DNA of 64,000 nt, from assembly GCA_040220235.1 (NCBI GenBank), contig JAVJTO010000084.1. The stretch is one strand, 5' to 3'. Made by a program: the position numbers and the translations under genes. Of the stretch, positions 9,621 through 19,940 are shown piece after piece (positions within the stretch are counted from its first letter, which is position 1; every line of letters begins with the position of its first letter). Origin of the DNA: Coleofasciculus sp. B1-GNL1-01 (GTDB taxonomy: Bacteria; Cyanobacteriota; Cyanobacteriia; Cyanobacteriales; Coleofasciculaceae). The notes beneath the pieces were generated by a model. The model did not search any database. It was given only the letters and a program-made list of their open reading frames with translations, and was not told the DNA's origin.

Positions 9621-10763
9621 ATGATTTTGAGTTGGAAACAATGTTTAGCAATGAGCCTCTGTCTATTGGCATTGGCTCCGCTTTTTGGCTGTCAGACTGA
9701 AAGCCAAACGGTCAAGAAAATTCAACAAGATACAGAATCTACCGATATTGAAGGCTCTCTCGTCTTCAATAATGTCACCTTAGAGCAAGCCGATGAACAA
9801 GGGCGTCCTTTGTGGCGGGTAAAAGCGAACCAAGCAACCTATACTAAAGACAAAAAAATAGCTAAAGTTGAACAGCCCATCGGTGATTTATTTCAGGATG
9901 GAAAGGTTATTTTAAAAGTATCAGCCAAGAGTGGGGAAGTTCGGGAAGATGGGAAACAAATTTTTCTGCGAGGAGATATTACGGCTACCGATACCCGCAA
10001 TGGCGCGGTTTTTAAGGGTGAGGAATTGGAGTGGTTACCCCAGGATGAGTTGTTAGTGGTACGCCGAAACTTAGAGGGACGCCATCCTGAACAAATCGAG
10101 GTCACGGCTAATGAAGGACAGTATTTAACCCGCCAAGAGCAAATGGAACTGAAAGGCTCGGTTCAAGCAATCTCGAAAGATCCCAATGTGCAACTGAAAA
10201 CAGAGCAGTTACTTTGGCAAATCAAAGGGCAAAAGTTAATTGGGGATCAACGGACTCAAACGGAACGGTACAAGGATAACACTGTGACTGATCGCGTAGT
10301 CGCTAACCAGACGGACTATAACCTTAAAACCAAAGTCGCGATCCTAAAAAAAGATGTTCAGCTTACATCTATTGATCCCCCGGTTTTAATATCCAGCAAT
10401 GAAGCAATCTGGGATGTCAAGGCGGAAACAGTCCGCTCAAATCAGCCTGTTCAAATTGTCTATCAGGACGAGAAGGTAGTGATTACGGCGAATCAGGGAC
10501 AGGTAGATTTAGAGAGCGAAGTCGCCAATTTAAAGGGGGGTGTCCAAGGTGTGGGTAGTCGCAATCAAGCCGAACTCTACGCCAATCAAGTCAGGTGGGA
10601 CATTCCCACTCAGAATATGCAGGCGTCGGGTAATGTGATTTATAAACAAGTTGATCCCCCCTTTAATGTCACCGGAGCCACCGCCGTGGGTAAATTACAG
10701 GATCAAAGCATGATCGTCAGGAGTGGATCGAGCGATCGCGTCGTCACCGAAATTGTCCCCTAG
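9621..10763 (+). CDS. lptC: LPS export periplasmic lipoprotein LptC (long cyanobacterial form)
   Basis: Lipobox LFGC; L.FNNVTLEQADEQG..LW.V.A..A.Y start; repeated beta-jellyroll units. Confidence 0.8.
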   Translation: MILSWKQCLAMSLCLLALAPLFGCQTESQTVKKIQQDTESTDIEGSLVFNNVTLEQADEQGRPLWRVKANQATYTKDKKIAKVEQPIGDLFQDGKVILKVSAKSGEVREDGKQIFLRGDITATDTRNGAVFKGEELEWLPQDELLVVRRNLEGRHPEQIEVTANEGQYLTRQEQMELKGSVQAISKDPNVQLKTEQLLWQIKGQKLIGDQRTQTERYKDNTVTDRVVANQTDYNLKTKVAILKKDVQLTSIDPPVLISSNEAIWDVKAETVRSNQPVQIVYQDEKVVITANQGQVDLESEVANLKGGVQGVGSRNQAELYANQVRWDIPTQNMQASGNVIYKQVDPPFNVTGATAVGKLQDQSMIVRSGSSDRVVTEIVP

Positions 10764-10766
10764 AGG

Positions 10767-10937
10767 GAGATGGGGGAGCTGGGGAAGATGGGGGCGCTGG
10801 GGGAGCTGGGGAAGCTGGGGGAGCTGGGGGAGCTGGGGGCGCTGGGGGAGCTGGGGAAGCTGGGGAAGATAGGGAATAAAATTTACAAATGACGAATGAC
10901 GAATGACAAATGACGAATGACGAATGACGAATGACGA
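10767..10937. repeat. Composite STRR (GGGGAGCTG)n + (AATGACG)n between convergent genes
   Basis: Direct reading. Confidence 0.9.
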
Positions 10938-12878
10938 CTAAGGCACATCAAAGAGAATACTATTGGGCAGATTACTAATAGCACGTTGCAGGGTGGCTAG
11001 CGCTCGGTTGTAGTCTAGTATTGCCGTCAATAAGTTGACTCTGGAACGAGTTAAGGCTGTTTGCTGATTAATTACATCGGTTTGAGTACCCACCCCAGCA
11101 CCAAATCGTAATCGTGCCAGTCGTAAGCTTTCTTGTGCTTGTTCTAGGGCAAAGGATGCCGTTTGAATATTCTCCTGGCTAGCTGTTAACTGGAAAAAAG
11201 CTTGTTCAACCTCAAGGCGAATTTGGTCACGCTCATTGGCAAAATTAGATTCCGCGATCGCCACATCCGCTTCGGCTTGTCTGGCTCTGGCTTTCGCGGC
11301 TCCCCCATCAAAGAAATTCCACTGGAGCCGCGCTCCTAACGTTAAGCCATCGGTCGGACCATCACTATCATCCAACTGGGTGGAAATATTATATTGGGCA
11401 AACAGATTCACCTGGGGTTTATTGTCCGCTAGAGCAATGCGCCGTTGTTGTTCATTGATATTGCGTTGTGCCAGTTGCTGTTCTAACTCCGCCCGGTTTT
11501 TCAGTGCTAAAATAATACTTTCTTCTAGGGAAAGTTCCCAGTCCCCTGCCACATCGATGGGATCAGCTGCAGAAATTCCCACCTGCTGATCCAAACTTAA
11601 CAATTGTGCAATTTGGCGGCGGGCAATGCGTTGCTCACTGATGGCGTTGGTTAACGCTTGATTATTATTGGCGAGTTCCACCTGCGCCTGCAACACTTCA
11701 AATCGAGTTCCTAAGCCAGCTTGTTCGAGTAACTGGGCATCCCGTAGACTGCGAGCCGCATCATTAACCGCCGCTTGGCTAATTTCGACTTCGGCATCTG
11801 CCTGTTGTAAATCGTAGTAAGTCCTCGTGACATTTAGTCGTAAATCTGCCAGGATGCTTTCTAAACCCAGTTGTTGGAAGCGTACCCGTTGTTCGGCAGC
11901 TTGAATAGCCGCAGGACGACGCCCAGCCGTATAAGCGGCATAGTTTAATTCCAGCCGGGTATCAAAGTTTGTCGATGTGATTGTCCGATTCGTCTGACCC
12001 AGTAGCTCTTGTAAAAAACCTTGCTGACCTCCTGTTTCCGACTCGGTTCGGATAAATTCGGCAATGGCACTAATCGATGGAAACTCGGCAGCTAGCTGTT
12101 CTTGCAGCGCAAACTCCGCTCGTTCTAACTCGAGTCTAGCAACTTGTAACTGTTGATTGTTACGTCGTGCCAATTCTATTGCCTGTTCTAGGGTAATTGG
12201 CTGAGTCGTTTGCACTTGGACTTCTTCAACTTCGGTGGGAAACAGCAATGGATTAGCACTGGGATTGAGCAATTCTGATATCGGTAGATCAGGAGTGGTA
12301 GACGGTATCGGCACAGATTCGATCTCTGGTGTGAGAAAGTCGGGTGAAGGTGTTTCGGGTTCCTCTAACGTGGGAAGGGAGGGAATAGATTCAGGGGTTT
12401 GACCAATCGAATTCTCTGGCTGTTGGGTAACGAGTTGCTTAGAGTCTTGAGCCAGTTCTGTGGAATTAGGGGAATGTTCAGTCTCAGAGGTTACGGGTTC
12501 ACTTGTAGAGTTCAAGGACTCACTTGTCTGAGCATGGGTTGGTTCCTCTGTCGTATTCCGGGGGGAATGAAGCCCTTGCTCCCTTTCAATCGCGTCTAAG
12601 CTCGTGCTGAGGGCATCAGGATCAATCCCTTCTGCCATCTGCCATCTGCCCTCTACCTTTGTTCGGTCATCAGCCGCATCAACGAGTAAGTTTTCCTCAG
12701 TCGATGGGGGAGCCACGTCTGTCAATCCTCTCTGGGTTACCCGATCACGTTGATGAGTCGGGGCTTGACGTTGAAAGCTAAGCGGCGACGATAAATCTTG
12801 AGAGGCGCTTGGTTTTGTATAGATCAGAGCGATCGCAGTCCCCACACCTAGAGCTACAAAATCACGAAACGTTGGCAT
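10938..12878 (-). CDS. tolC: TolC-family outer membrane efflux protein (HgdD-like)
   Basis: ITLEQAIELARRNN, RTYYDLQQAD, WNFFDGG, RLRFGAGVGTQTDV; long low-complexity N-terminus. Confidence 0.9.
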   Translation of the reverse strand: MPTFRDFVALGVGTAIALIYTKPSASQDLSSPLSFQRQAPTHQRDRVTQRGLTDVAPPSTEENLLVDAADDRTKVEGRWQMAEGIDPDALSTSLDAIEREQGLHSPRNTTEEPTHAQTSESLNSTSEPVTSETEHSPNSTELAQDSKQLVTQQPENSIGQTPESIPSLPTLEEPETPSPDFLTPEIESVPIPSTTPDLPISELLNPSANPLLFPTEVEEVQVQTTQPITLEQAIELARRNNQQLQVARLELERAEFALQEQLAAEFPSISAIAEFIRTESETGGQQGFLQELLGQTNRTITSTNFDTRLELNYAAYTAGRRPAAIQAAEQRVRFQQLGLESILADLRLNVTRTYYDLQQADAEVEISQAAVNDAARSLRDAQLLEQAGLGTRFEVLQAQVELANNNQALTNAISEQRIARRQIAQLLSLDQQVGISAADPIDVAGDWELSLEESIILALKNRAELEQQLAQRNINEQQRRIALADNKPQVNLFAQYNISTQLDDSDGPTDGLTLGARLQWNFFDGGAAKARARQAEADVAIAESNFANERDQIRLEVEQAFFQLTASQENIQTASFALEQAQESLRLARLRFGAGVGTQTDVINQQTALTRSRVNLLTAILDYNRALATLQRAISNLPNSILFDVP

Positions 12879-13096
12879 AAGTTTAAAGTTGGGTCTTTAG
12901 TCTAAAAAAAATTATTTTGCTTACATTGAGTAGAGTCACCATAGGCAGAATAATCGCTTATCTGTGAGGTTGGCAAACTGGGTCAAGATTAGAGTATCTC
13001 AATCAAGCTTGACACAAGCAATCACCAGCATCTAGTGCATCCCGGCAGAAATAACTAACCAGCTCCCCTAGCTCCCAGACGTAGCATGCTACGTCT

Positions 13097-13738
13097 CTAC
13101 ATTGCTTCCCCAGCCGCCATTAGCTGAATTAGACCATTGACCATGCGATCGCGGTCTAAGGGCAGAATTTCACCCCCCTGTAGGATGTTTTGAATGATCA
13201 GGTAATGAACCAGAGAGCCTGTAAAAATTCGGGCGGCGACGACGGGATCGGGCAAGTTGAGTTGGGGTTGAGAGGCTAAGTACAAGGACAGCCGTTCCAT
13301 TAAGGGTTTGATAATTTCGCGCACATGGGTTTGAGCTAATTCCGGAAACCGCTCAGACTCGCCAATGATTAACCGCATTAAGGTTAACAGCGCTGGATTG
13401 TTCGCAAACTCGTCGAGTACCGCCATTGCCATTTGACGCAGAACCTGCTCAGGAGGCGTTTGCAAGTCCGGCTCAGTGGGCAAATTGAGGATGAGCTGAC
13501 TGTTGTTTTGGGTGAGTTGGTGGATTAAGGCGACAAATAATCCCTGTTTATCTTGAAAGTAGTTATACAGCGTGGGTTTGGATACTCCTGCCGCTGATGC
13601 AATCCGATCCATGCTCGCTGCTGTGTATCCATGCTTGGTAAACACTTGCAAAGCACCTGCCAAAATCGCTTGGGCTTTATCGGGTTTTTCTTTGTTGGAT
13701 GAGTTGGATGACTTGGGTTGAGTTGAACGATTCACCAT
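13097..13738 (-). CDS. TetR/AcrR family transcriptional regulator
   Basis: ILAGALQVF...GY...SMDRIA..AGVSKPTLYNYF.DK HTH. Confidence 0.93.
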   Translation of the reverse strand: MVNRSTQPKSSNSSNKEKPDKAQAILAGALQVFTKHGYTAASMDRIASAAGVSKPTLYNYFQDKQGLFVALIHQLTQNNSQLILNLPTEPDLQTPPEQVLRQMAMAVLDEFANNPALLTLMRLIIGESERFPELAQTHVREIIKPLMERLSLYLASQPQLNLPDPVVAARIFTGSLVHYLIIQNILQGGEILPLDRDRMVNGLIQLMAAGEAM

Positions 13739-13758
13739 TTGAGTTTTGAGCTACGTCT

Positions 13759-13819
13759 GTAGGGGCGGGGTTTACGACTATCATTTTTTCACTGACCCAG
13801 AGGTAACTAAATCCGCCCC
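13759..13819. repeat. REP doublet (GTAGGGGCGGGTTT...AAACCCGCCCCTAC family)
   Basis: Inverted arms with a spacer; six related copies in the window. Confidence 0.75.
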
Positions 13820-13832
13820 AATCCATGTTATT

Positions 13833-13876
13833 TTACTAAACCGTGTAGTTGACATTACTAAACCGTTTAGTAAAAT
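13833..13876 (+). promoter_or_regulatory. devB promoter with two TetR-type operators
   Basis: TTGACA 13849-54, TAAAAT 13871-76 (16 nt spacer); palindrome TTACTAAACCGTTTAGTAA at 13855-73 and a degenerate copy at 13833-50. Confidence 0.7.
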
Positions 13877-13917
13877 CTAGATATAGATAAAGCTTTTCTC
13901 TGAGAGGGAGAAAGTCC

Positions 13918-15114
13918 ATGACCTTAGACCTGTTGAACCATCAGGCAGCATCGGCAAAATCACCGCGTCGTTGGCTAGCGTTTGTCGGCGTAGCAATTTT
14001 GGGGCTGGCTGGAACAGGATGGGGAGTCTGGCAATTTCGAGCGGCTCAGATGAGGGAGGCTCTAACGGAAGTCTCAGTTGTGCCTGAAATTAAAACGGTG
14101 ACTGCATTGGGGCGGTTGGAGCCAGCCGGAGAAATGATTAACCTCACGGCGTCAACCTCAACTCAGCAAAGCCGAATTGAGGAACTGTTGGTTGAGGAGG
14201 GCGATCGCGTCCAAACCGGACAGATTATTGCCATTTTAGATAACCGCGATCGCTTACAGGCATCCCTCCAAAAAGCCGAGAATCAGGTTCGCGTCGCTCA
14301 GGCAAAACTGGCACAGGTAAAAGCTGGAGCCAAAACGGGTGAACTGCAAGCCCAGCGTGCTGAAATTGCCCGACTTCAGGCAGATCGAGCTGGAAGTTTA
14401 GCGGCTCAACGGGCGGCGGTGGATCGGCTGGAGGCAGAAGTACAAAATGCCCGCTTGGAATATGAGCGATACGAATCCTTGTATCAGCAGGGTGCTGTCT
14501 CCGCCTCTCAACGGGATGCCAAGCGGCTGGCTTACATCACGGCTCAACAACAGGTTCAGCAGGCGCAAGCGGAGTTAGGGCGGATTGAGACAACCAGTCA
14601 AGAACAAATTCAACAGGCACAAGCCACCCTGGATCGACTCGCCGAGGTGCGTCCCGTAGACGTAGAAGCAGCCGAGGCAGAAGTCCAATCAGCAAAAGCC
14701 GCCGTTGTCGAAGCCCAAGCCAATTTAGAGCAAGCCGAAGTGCGATCGCCCCGTGCGGGTCAAATTATTAAGATTCACACCTATCCAGGTGAAAAAATAG
14801 CGGATCAGGGCATTGTTACCTTAGGACAAACCCAGCAGATGAAAGCGATCGCGGAAGTTTACCAAAGCGACATTCTCAAGATTCAGGAAGGTCAACCTGC
14901 CACGATTACATCACCCGTCATTCCTGACTCACTCCAAGGTACAGTCGAGCGGATTGGCTTACAAATTGAGCAACAACAGGTTGTCGATGAAGATCCCGCC
15001 GCCAACATTGATGCCAAAGTCGTTGAAGTTCACATTCGTCTCGATCCCAACTCAAGTCAGAACGTGGCAGGATTAAGCAACTTACAAGTTACAGTCACCA
15101 TTCAAACCGAGTAA
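13918..15114 (+). CDS. devB: ABC exporter membrane fusion protein, DevB family
   Basis: VTALGRLEP.GE, long coiled coil, AEVYQSDI, GLSNLQV.V.I. Confidence 0.9.
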   Translation: MTLDLLNHQAASAKSPRRWLAFVGVAILGLAGTGWGVWQFRAAQMREALTEVSVVPEIKTVTALGRLEPAGEMINLTASTSTQQSRIEELLVEEGDRVQTGQIIAILDNRDRLQASLQKAENQVRVAQAKLAQVKAGAKTGELQAQRAEIARLQADRAGSLAAQRAAVDRLEAEVQNARLEYERYESLYQQGAVSASQRDAKRLAYITAQQQVQQAQAELGRIETTSQEQIQQAQATLDRLAEVRPVDVEAAEAEVQSAKAAVVEAQANLEQAEVRSPRAGQIIKIHTYPGEKIADQGIVTLGQTQQMKAIAEVYQSDILKIQEGQPATITSPVIPDSLQGTVERIGLQIEQQQVVDEDPAANIDAKVVEVHIRLDPNSSQNVAGLSNLQVTVTIQTE

Positions 15115-15304
15115 TTTGTCATTTGTCATTTGTCATTTGTCATTCGTCATTTGTCATTCGTCATTTGTCATTTGTAAAGGGGCGGGTTTAGTTACATCTG
15201 GGTATAACCACAAAGATAGTTGTGAAACCCGCCCCTACAAAATTTCCCCATCTCCCGATAACTGACAACTGATAACTGATAACTGATAACTGATAACTGA
15301 TAAC
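15115..15304. repeat. STRR (TTTGTCA)n, REP doublet (15178-15238) and (ATAACTG)n between devB and devC
   Basis: Direct reading. Confidence 0.85.
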
Positions 15305-15328
15305 TTCACCAACCCCGAATCAGAAACC

Positions 15329-16504
15329 ATGCTTGGCTTACTTAAAACGTTACAACAGCGCACTCCCCTAGGGCTATTGCAGCTTAAACATGACCGAATG
15401 CGGCTGTTAACCGCGATCGCAGGAATTACCTTTGCCGATGTGCTGATTTTTATGCAACTGGGGTTTGCTGATGCTCTCTACAGAACAAATACCCAATATC
15501 CTCGCACCCTACAAGCCGATTTGGTCTTAATTAGCACGCAAGCTCAGAACTTTGGACAATTACGAACCTTTACCCGACGGCGACTTTATCAAGCTCAAGA
15601 CGTGCCAGGAGTCGCCTCTGCTGATGAATTGTACCTGGGTTCAGTCCAATGGCGAAATCCCCAAACCCGCGAAAAGACATCCATGCTCCTGATTGGACAA
15701 AACCCGGATCGCCCTGCTTTTAATTTACCTGAAGTTAACCAGCAACTCGACGCGATTCAGCTACCGGATACGGTTTTATTTGACCAAGCTTCGCGGGGGG
15801 AATACCAGGATTTGATTACCCAAATCCAACGGGGAGAGACAGCCACGACTGAAATTGGACAGCGAACCGTAACTGTTGCTGGATTATTTCAAGTTGGTGC
15901 ATCTTTTGCTGATGATGGCGCACTGATTACCAGCGATCAAAACTTTCTGCGGCTATTTCCCAAACGGGATGCTGGATCGGTAAGCTTGGGGTTAATTCGT
16001 CTGCATCCGGGGTATGAGCCAGAACAGGTGAGAGACGCTTTAGCGGCGCGGTTACCGGAAGATGTGCAGGTGCTGACGAGTCAGGGTTATGTAGATTTTG
16101 AGATCGCTTATATTCAATCGAGATCACCGATTGGGTTTGTTTTTGGCTTAGGCACAATTATGGGATTGATTGTCGGTACGGTGATTGTTTACCAAGTGCT
16201 TTCGACGGATGTGAATAGCCACTTGGAAGAGTATGCCACGTTTAAGGCTATGGGTTATCGGAATGCTTACTTGTTAGGAGTGATTTTTGAAGAAGCACTG
16301 ATTCTATCGGTGTTAGGGTTTATACCCGGTTTAGCGATCGCATTAGCAGCTTATCAAGTTACAGGGGCTGCAACCGCGCTACCTTTGGCGATGCCGTTGA
16401 GTCGGGCTATTTTTGTGCTTTTGCTGACATTTATCATGTGTGGCGCATCAGGTGCGATCGCGACTCGCCGACTCCAAGCGGCTGATCCGGCTGATATTTT
16501 CTAA
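15329..16504 (+). CDS. devC: ABC exporter permease, DevC family
   Basis: RLLTAIAGITFAD.LIFMQLGF, EYATFKAMGY, C-terminal ADPADIF. Confidence 0.92.
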   Translation: MLGLLKTLQQRTPLGLLQLKHDRMRLLTAIAGITFADVLIFMQLGFADALYRTNTQYPRTLQADLVLISTQAQNFGQLRTFTRRRLYQAQDVPGVASADELYLGSVQWRNPQTREKTSMLLIGQNPDRPAFNLPEVNQQLDAIQLPDTVLFDQASRGEYQDLITQIQRGETATTEIGQRTVTVAGLFQVGASFADDGALITSDQNFLRLFPKRDAGSVSLGLIRLHPGYEPEQVRDALAARLPEDVQVLTSQGYVDFEIAYIQSRSPIGFVFGLGTIMGLIVGTVIVYQVLSTDVNSHLEEYATFKAMGYRNAYLLGVIFEEALILSVLGFIPGLAIALAAYQVTGAATALPLAMPLSRAIFVLLLTFIMCGASGAIATRRLQAADPADIF

Positions 16505-16505
16505 A

Positions 16506-16650
16506 GCTGGGGAAGATGGGGGAGCAGAGGGAGCAGGGGGAGCAGGGGGAGCAGGGGGAGCAGGGAGAGATGGGGAAGGAAGAGTGAATCGTTACCAACT
16601 TTTGGCACAAATGACGAATGACGAATGACGAATGACAAATGACAAATGAC
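16506..16650. repeat. Composite STRR between devC and devA
   Basis: (GGGGAGCAG)n then (AATGACG/A)n; the devA ATG lies within the last heptamer. Confidence 0.85.
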
Positions 16651-17353
16651 TAATCAACCCGTAATTTCTATTCATCAACTTAACCACTACTTTGGCACAG
16701 GGAAACTGCAAAAGCAGGTGTTATTCGACATCAATTTAGAGATTTTTGCTGGCGAGATTGTGATTATGACAGGTCCTTCTGGATCGGGAAAAACCACGCT
16801 ACTGACTTTATTAGGCGGCTTGCGATCGGCTCAGTCAGGCAGTTTAAATGTGTTAGGACAAGAACTTTGTCAAGCTAGCCAGAATATTTTGGTACAGGCA
16901 AGACGACACAATGGTTATATTTTCCAAGCACACAATTTACATAGCAGCTTAACCGCGCTTGAGAATGTGCAAATGGGGTTAGAAGTTCATGGCATTTTTT
17001 CCAAGCCAGAACGCCACTATCGGGCGGCGGAAATGCTCAAGCAGGTGGGTTTAGAAGAGCGAATCAATTATTATCCAGCCGATCTATCAGGTGGACAAAA
17101 ACAGCGAGTCGCGATCGCCCGCGCTCTTGTCAGCCGTCCCCAAATCGTGCTGGCTGATGAACCCACCGCCGCTTTAGATAAAAAATCTGGACGGGATGTG
17201 GTTGATATTATGCATGATTTAGCCAAGCAACAGGGGTGTACAATCTTGCTTGTAACCCACGATAATCGCATTTTGGATATTGCGGATCGGATTATTTATA
17301 TGGAAGATGGGCGCTTATCCAAGCAACCTGAATCAGTAGCGATTTCCCAGTAA
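16646..17353 (+). CDS. devA: ABC transporter ATP-binding protein, DevA family
   Basis: GPSGSGKTT, LSGGQKQRVAIARA, LADEPT, VTHD. Confidence 0.93.
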   Translation: MTNQPVISIHQLNHYFGTGKLQKQVLFDINLEIFAGEIVIMTGPSGSGKTTLLTLLGGLRSAQSGSLNVLGQELCQASQNILVQARRHNGYIFQAHNLHSSLTALENVQMGLEVHGIFSKPERHYRAAEMLKQVGLEERINYYPADLSGGQKQRVAIARALVSRPQIVLADEPTAALDKKSGRDVVDIMHDLAKQQGCTILLVTHDNRILDIADRIIYMEDGRLSKQPESVAISQ

Positions 17354-17359
17354 TCCAGT

Positions 17360-18591
17360 TCAATCATTGATATTTTGAGGTAATAACAAATTTAATAAAA
17401 TTCCCACAATACTGCATAAACCGATTCCTTCGAGAGCAAAATATCCGGTTTGAAAACTCATCCCGCCAACTCCAAAAACTAAAATTACCGAAATAATTGC
17501 TAAATAGCGAGGTTTCATTAAATTTTCACCGTAATTAAGCAGACTTTGCATCCCTACCACTACAATAGTCCCAAACAAAATTACTAAAATCCCCCCATGA
17601 CTGGTGCAGGTATAGTTTGTAAAACAGCACCTAATTTCCCACAAAAAGATAATATAATTGCAGAAATTGATGTCCATGTCATAATTGCAGGATTCTTAAT
17701 TTTGGTAATTGCTACTGCCCCGGTTACCTCAGAATAAGTGGTATTGGGGGGACCACCTAAGCAAGCTGCTACCGAAGTGGCAATACCATCACCTAATAAA
17801 GTTCGATGTAACCCCGGATCTCGAACATAGTCTTCTCCTGTAACTGACTTAATGGCTAGAATGTCTCCAATATGCTCAATAGCTGGAGCGATCGCAATGG
17901 GTAAAATAAAAATAATAGATGGTAAATGAAATTTAGGAAAGGTAAAAGGGGGGAGAGTAAACCAATTTGATTGTGCAATTACAGAAAAATCCACCATTCC
18001 TAATGGTAAAGCCACTAAATAACCAGCAACTAAACCTGTAAAAATGGGTAGTAAACGCCATATTCCCTTGGCAAAGACGGTGGTAAGAATAGTAACGGTT
18101 AAAGTCGTTAAAGAAACAGCCATCGCCATACCAACGGAATAGGAATTTCCAGCTTCGGAAGCCATTTTTACTGCCGTGGGGGCTAAAGATAAACCAATTA
18201 CCATAATTACGGGTGCAGTGACATAGGGGGGTAAAATGCGATTAATAATCTTTTCACCTCCCCAAAAAATCAACAAGCTTAGAAATACGTAAACCATTCC
18301 TGTTGCTAATAAACCAGAAAGAGTTTCGGCTAAACCATATTGACTAATCCCTAATTGCATCGGTGCAATAAAAGCAAAAGAAGATGCTAAAAATGCCGGA
18401 ACTTTACCTCCGGTTATGACCTGAAATATCAAGGTTCCTATACCTGCGCTGAAAAGGGCTACATTGGGATCTAAACCAGCAATTATTGGGACTAGAACTA
18501 AAGCCCCAAATGCAACACACAGGATTTGAATGCCAAAGATTAAATCCCGCAAACGTAGTTGATAAATGGGGGATTTTTCTGTAGGTAACAT
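17360..18591 (-). pseudogene. uraA: Uracil/xanthine permease (NCS2), frameshifted near the 3' end
   Basis: PAFLASSFAF, IEHIGD, GPPNTTYSEVTG; frame breaks at PVMGG in a G6 run (17591-96) and continues GGILVILFG... in ORF 17360..17677. Confidence 0.8.
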
Positions 18592-18671
18592 ATTGAAATC
18601 GTTTAATTAGGGTCTGCTGAATAAGTATTATGGTCTTGATTTTGTCCCCTGCGTTTCAGCTTAAGTTGACA

Positions 18672-19844
18672 TCAATGAAAGACGTGCGCCCCTATAGTAT
18701 CTGAAACCTGCTGTAGTATCGGTTGATAAAGTGTATCGCGTTGCTGGTAGGGACGCCCTAGCGAATGAATCGCTTTCTGAAGAGTCTCGACTTCCATACA
18801 GGTTCCCCCTTGAGCGCCTGCCATGGTTGTGATATGTTCTTCCATTAACGTGCCGCCAATGTCATTACAGCCCCATCTGAGAGCTTCCTTCGCACCAGCC
18901 AGACCCAATTTCACCCAGCTTGGTTGATGATTAGGAATCCAATTACCCAGGAAAATTCGCGCCACCGCCGTTAATAATAGGGCATCTTTGAGAATCGGTT
19001 GATCTTGCCCCACACGCTGACGCAACGGTTTAGGGGCATCTTGACCAACAAATGGCAGTAGAATAAACTCTGTGATATAGCCCTGATAGCCTTGAGTACG
19101 AGTTCGTTGCTGAAGCGATCGCAGCTTGGCTAAATGCCCCATCTGCTGTTGGTTCGTTTCAATATGACCGGAAAGCATTGTGCTAGTTGTTGGCATTCCC
19201 AATCGATGCGCCGTTCCCACAATGTCTAACCAGGTTGTCGTATTTGTCTTTTCCGGACAAAGGATGCGGCGAACCTCATCATCTAATACCTCAGCCGCCG
19301 TTCCAGGCATTGAACCAACCCCAGCCTTTTGCAGTGCGGCAATGACCTCAGCGTAACTCAATCCATCTTGTTCAGCGATAAATTGGACTTCCTGGGGAGA
19401 GAACGCATGGAGATGTAATTGGGGAAAGGCTTGCTTAATCGTTTTCACCAATTCCAGATAATAGGGTAAAGCCGCACCATTAATAGTGGCTTCCGGGTTT
19501 AATCCCCCCTGCATACAAATTTCCGTCGCCCCCCGTTGTACCGCATCCCCTGTCTTTTCCAGAATTTGCCCCCAATCTAGCCAATAAGCCCCCTCTGTAT
19601 CCCCATCGCGGCGAAAAGCACAGAAACTACAGTGCTGAGTACAAATATTGGTAAAGTTGATATTACGGTTAATCACGTAGGTGACGCGATCGCCTGCTTG
19701 GTCATGGCGCAATTGATCAGCCGTTTCCTGAATCGCCGCCACAGCAGTCGGTTCAGTTTGTTCCAGGAGAATAACGCCTTCCTCTGGAGAAATGTCTTTA
19801 CCAGCTAAGGCGTGGTTCAGAATTGCGTCAACGGAGTTGGTCAT
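18672..19844 (-). CDS. cofH: FO synthase subunit CofH (radical SAM)
   Basis: [47 protein letters not shown]. Confidence 0.9.
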   Translation of the reverse strand: MTNSVDAILNHALAGKDISPEEGVILLEQTEPTAVAAIQETADQLRHDQAGDRVTYVINRNINFTNICTQHCSFCAFRRDGDTEGAYWLDWGQILEKTGDAVQRGATEICMQGGLNPEATINGAALPYYLELVKTIKQAFPQLHLHAFSPQEVQFIAEQDGLSYAEVIAALQKAGVGSMPGTAAEVLDDEVRRILCPEKTNTTTWLDIVGTAHRLGMPTTSTMLSGHIETNQQQMGHLAKLRSLQQRTRTQGYQGYITEFILLPFVGQDAPKPLRQRVGQDQPILKDALLLTAVARIFLGNWIPNHQPSWVKLGLAGAKEALRWGCNDIGGTLMEEHITTMAGAQGGTCMEVETLQKAIHSLGRPYQQRDTLYQPILQQVSDTIGAHVFH

Positions 19845-19940
19845 CACGGGATATCTGGAAAAGATAGGGAAACACTCATCTTGATACTACTATGTCCTAG
19901 AGTATCGAGCCAGTCATAATTTATTTATCATCTCTTTCGT

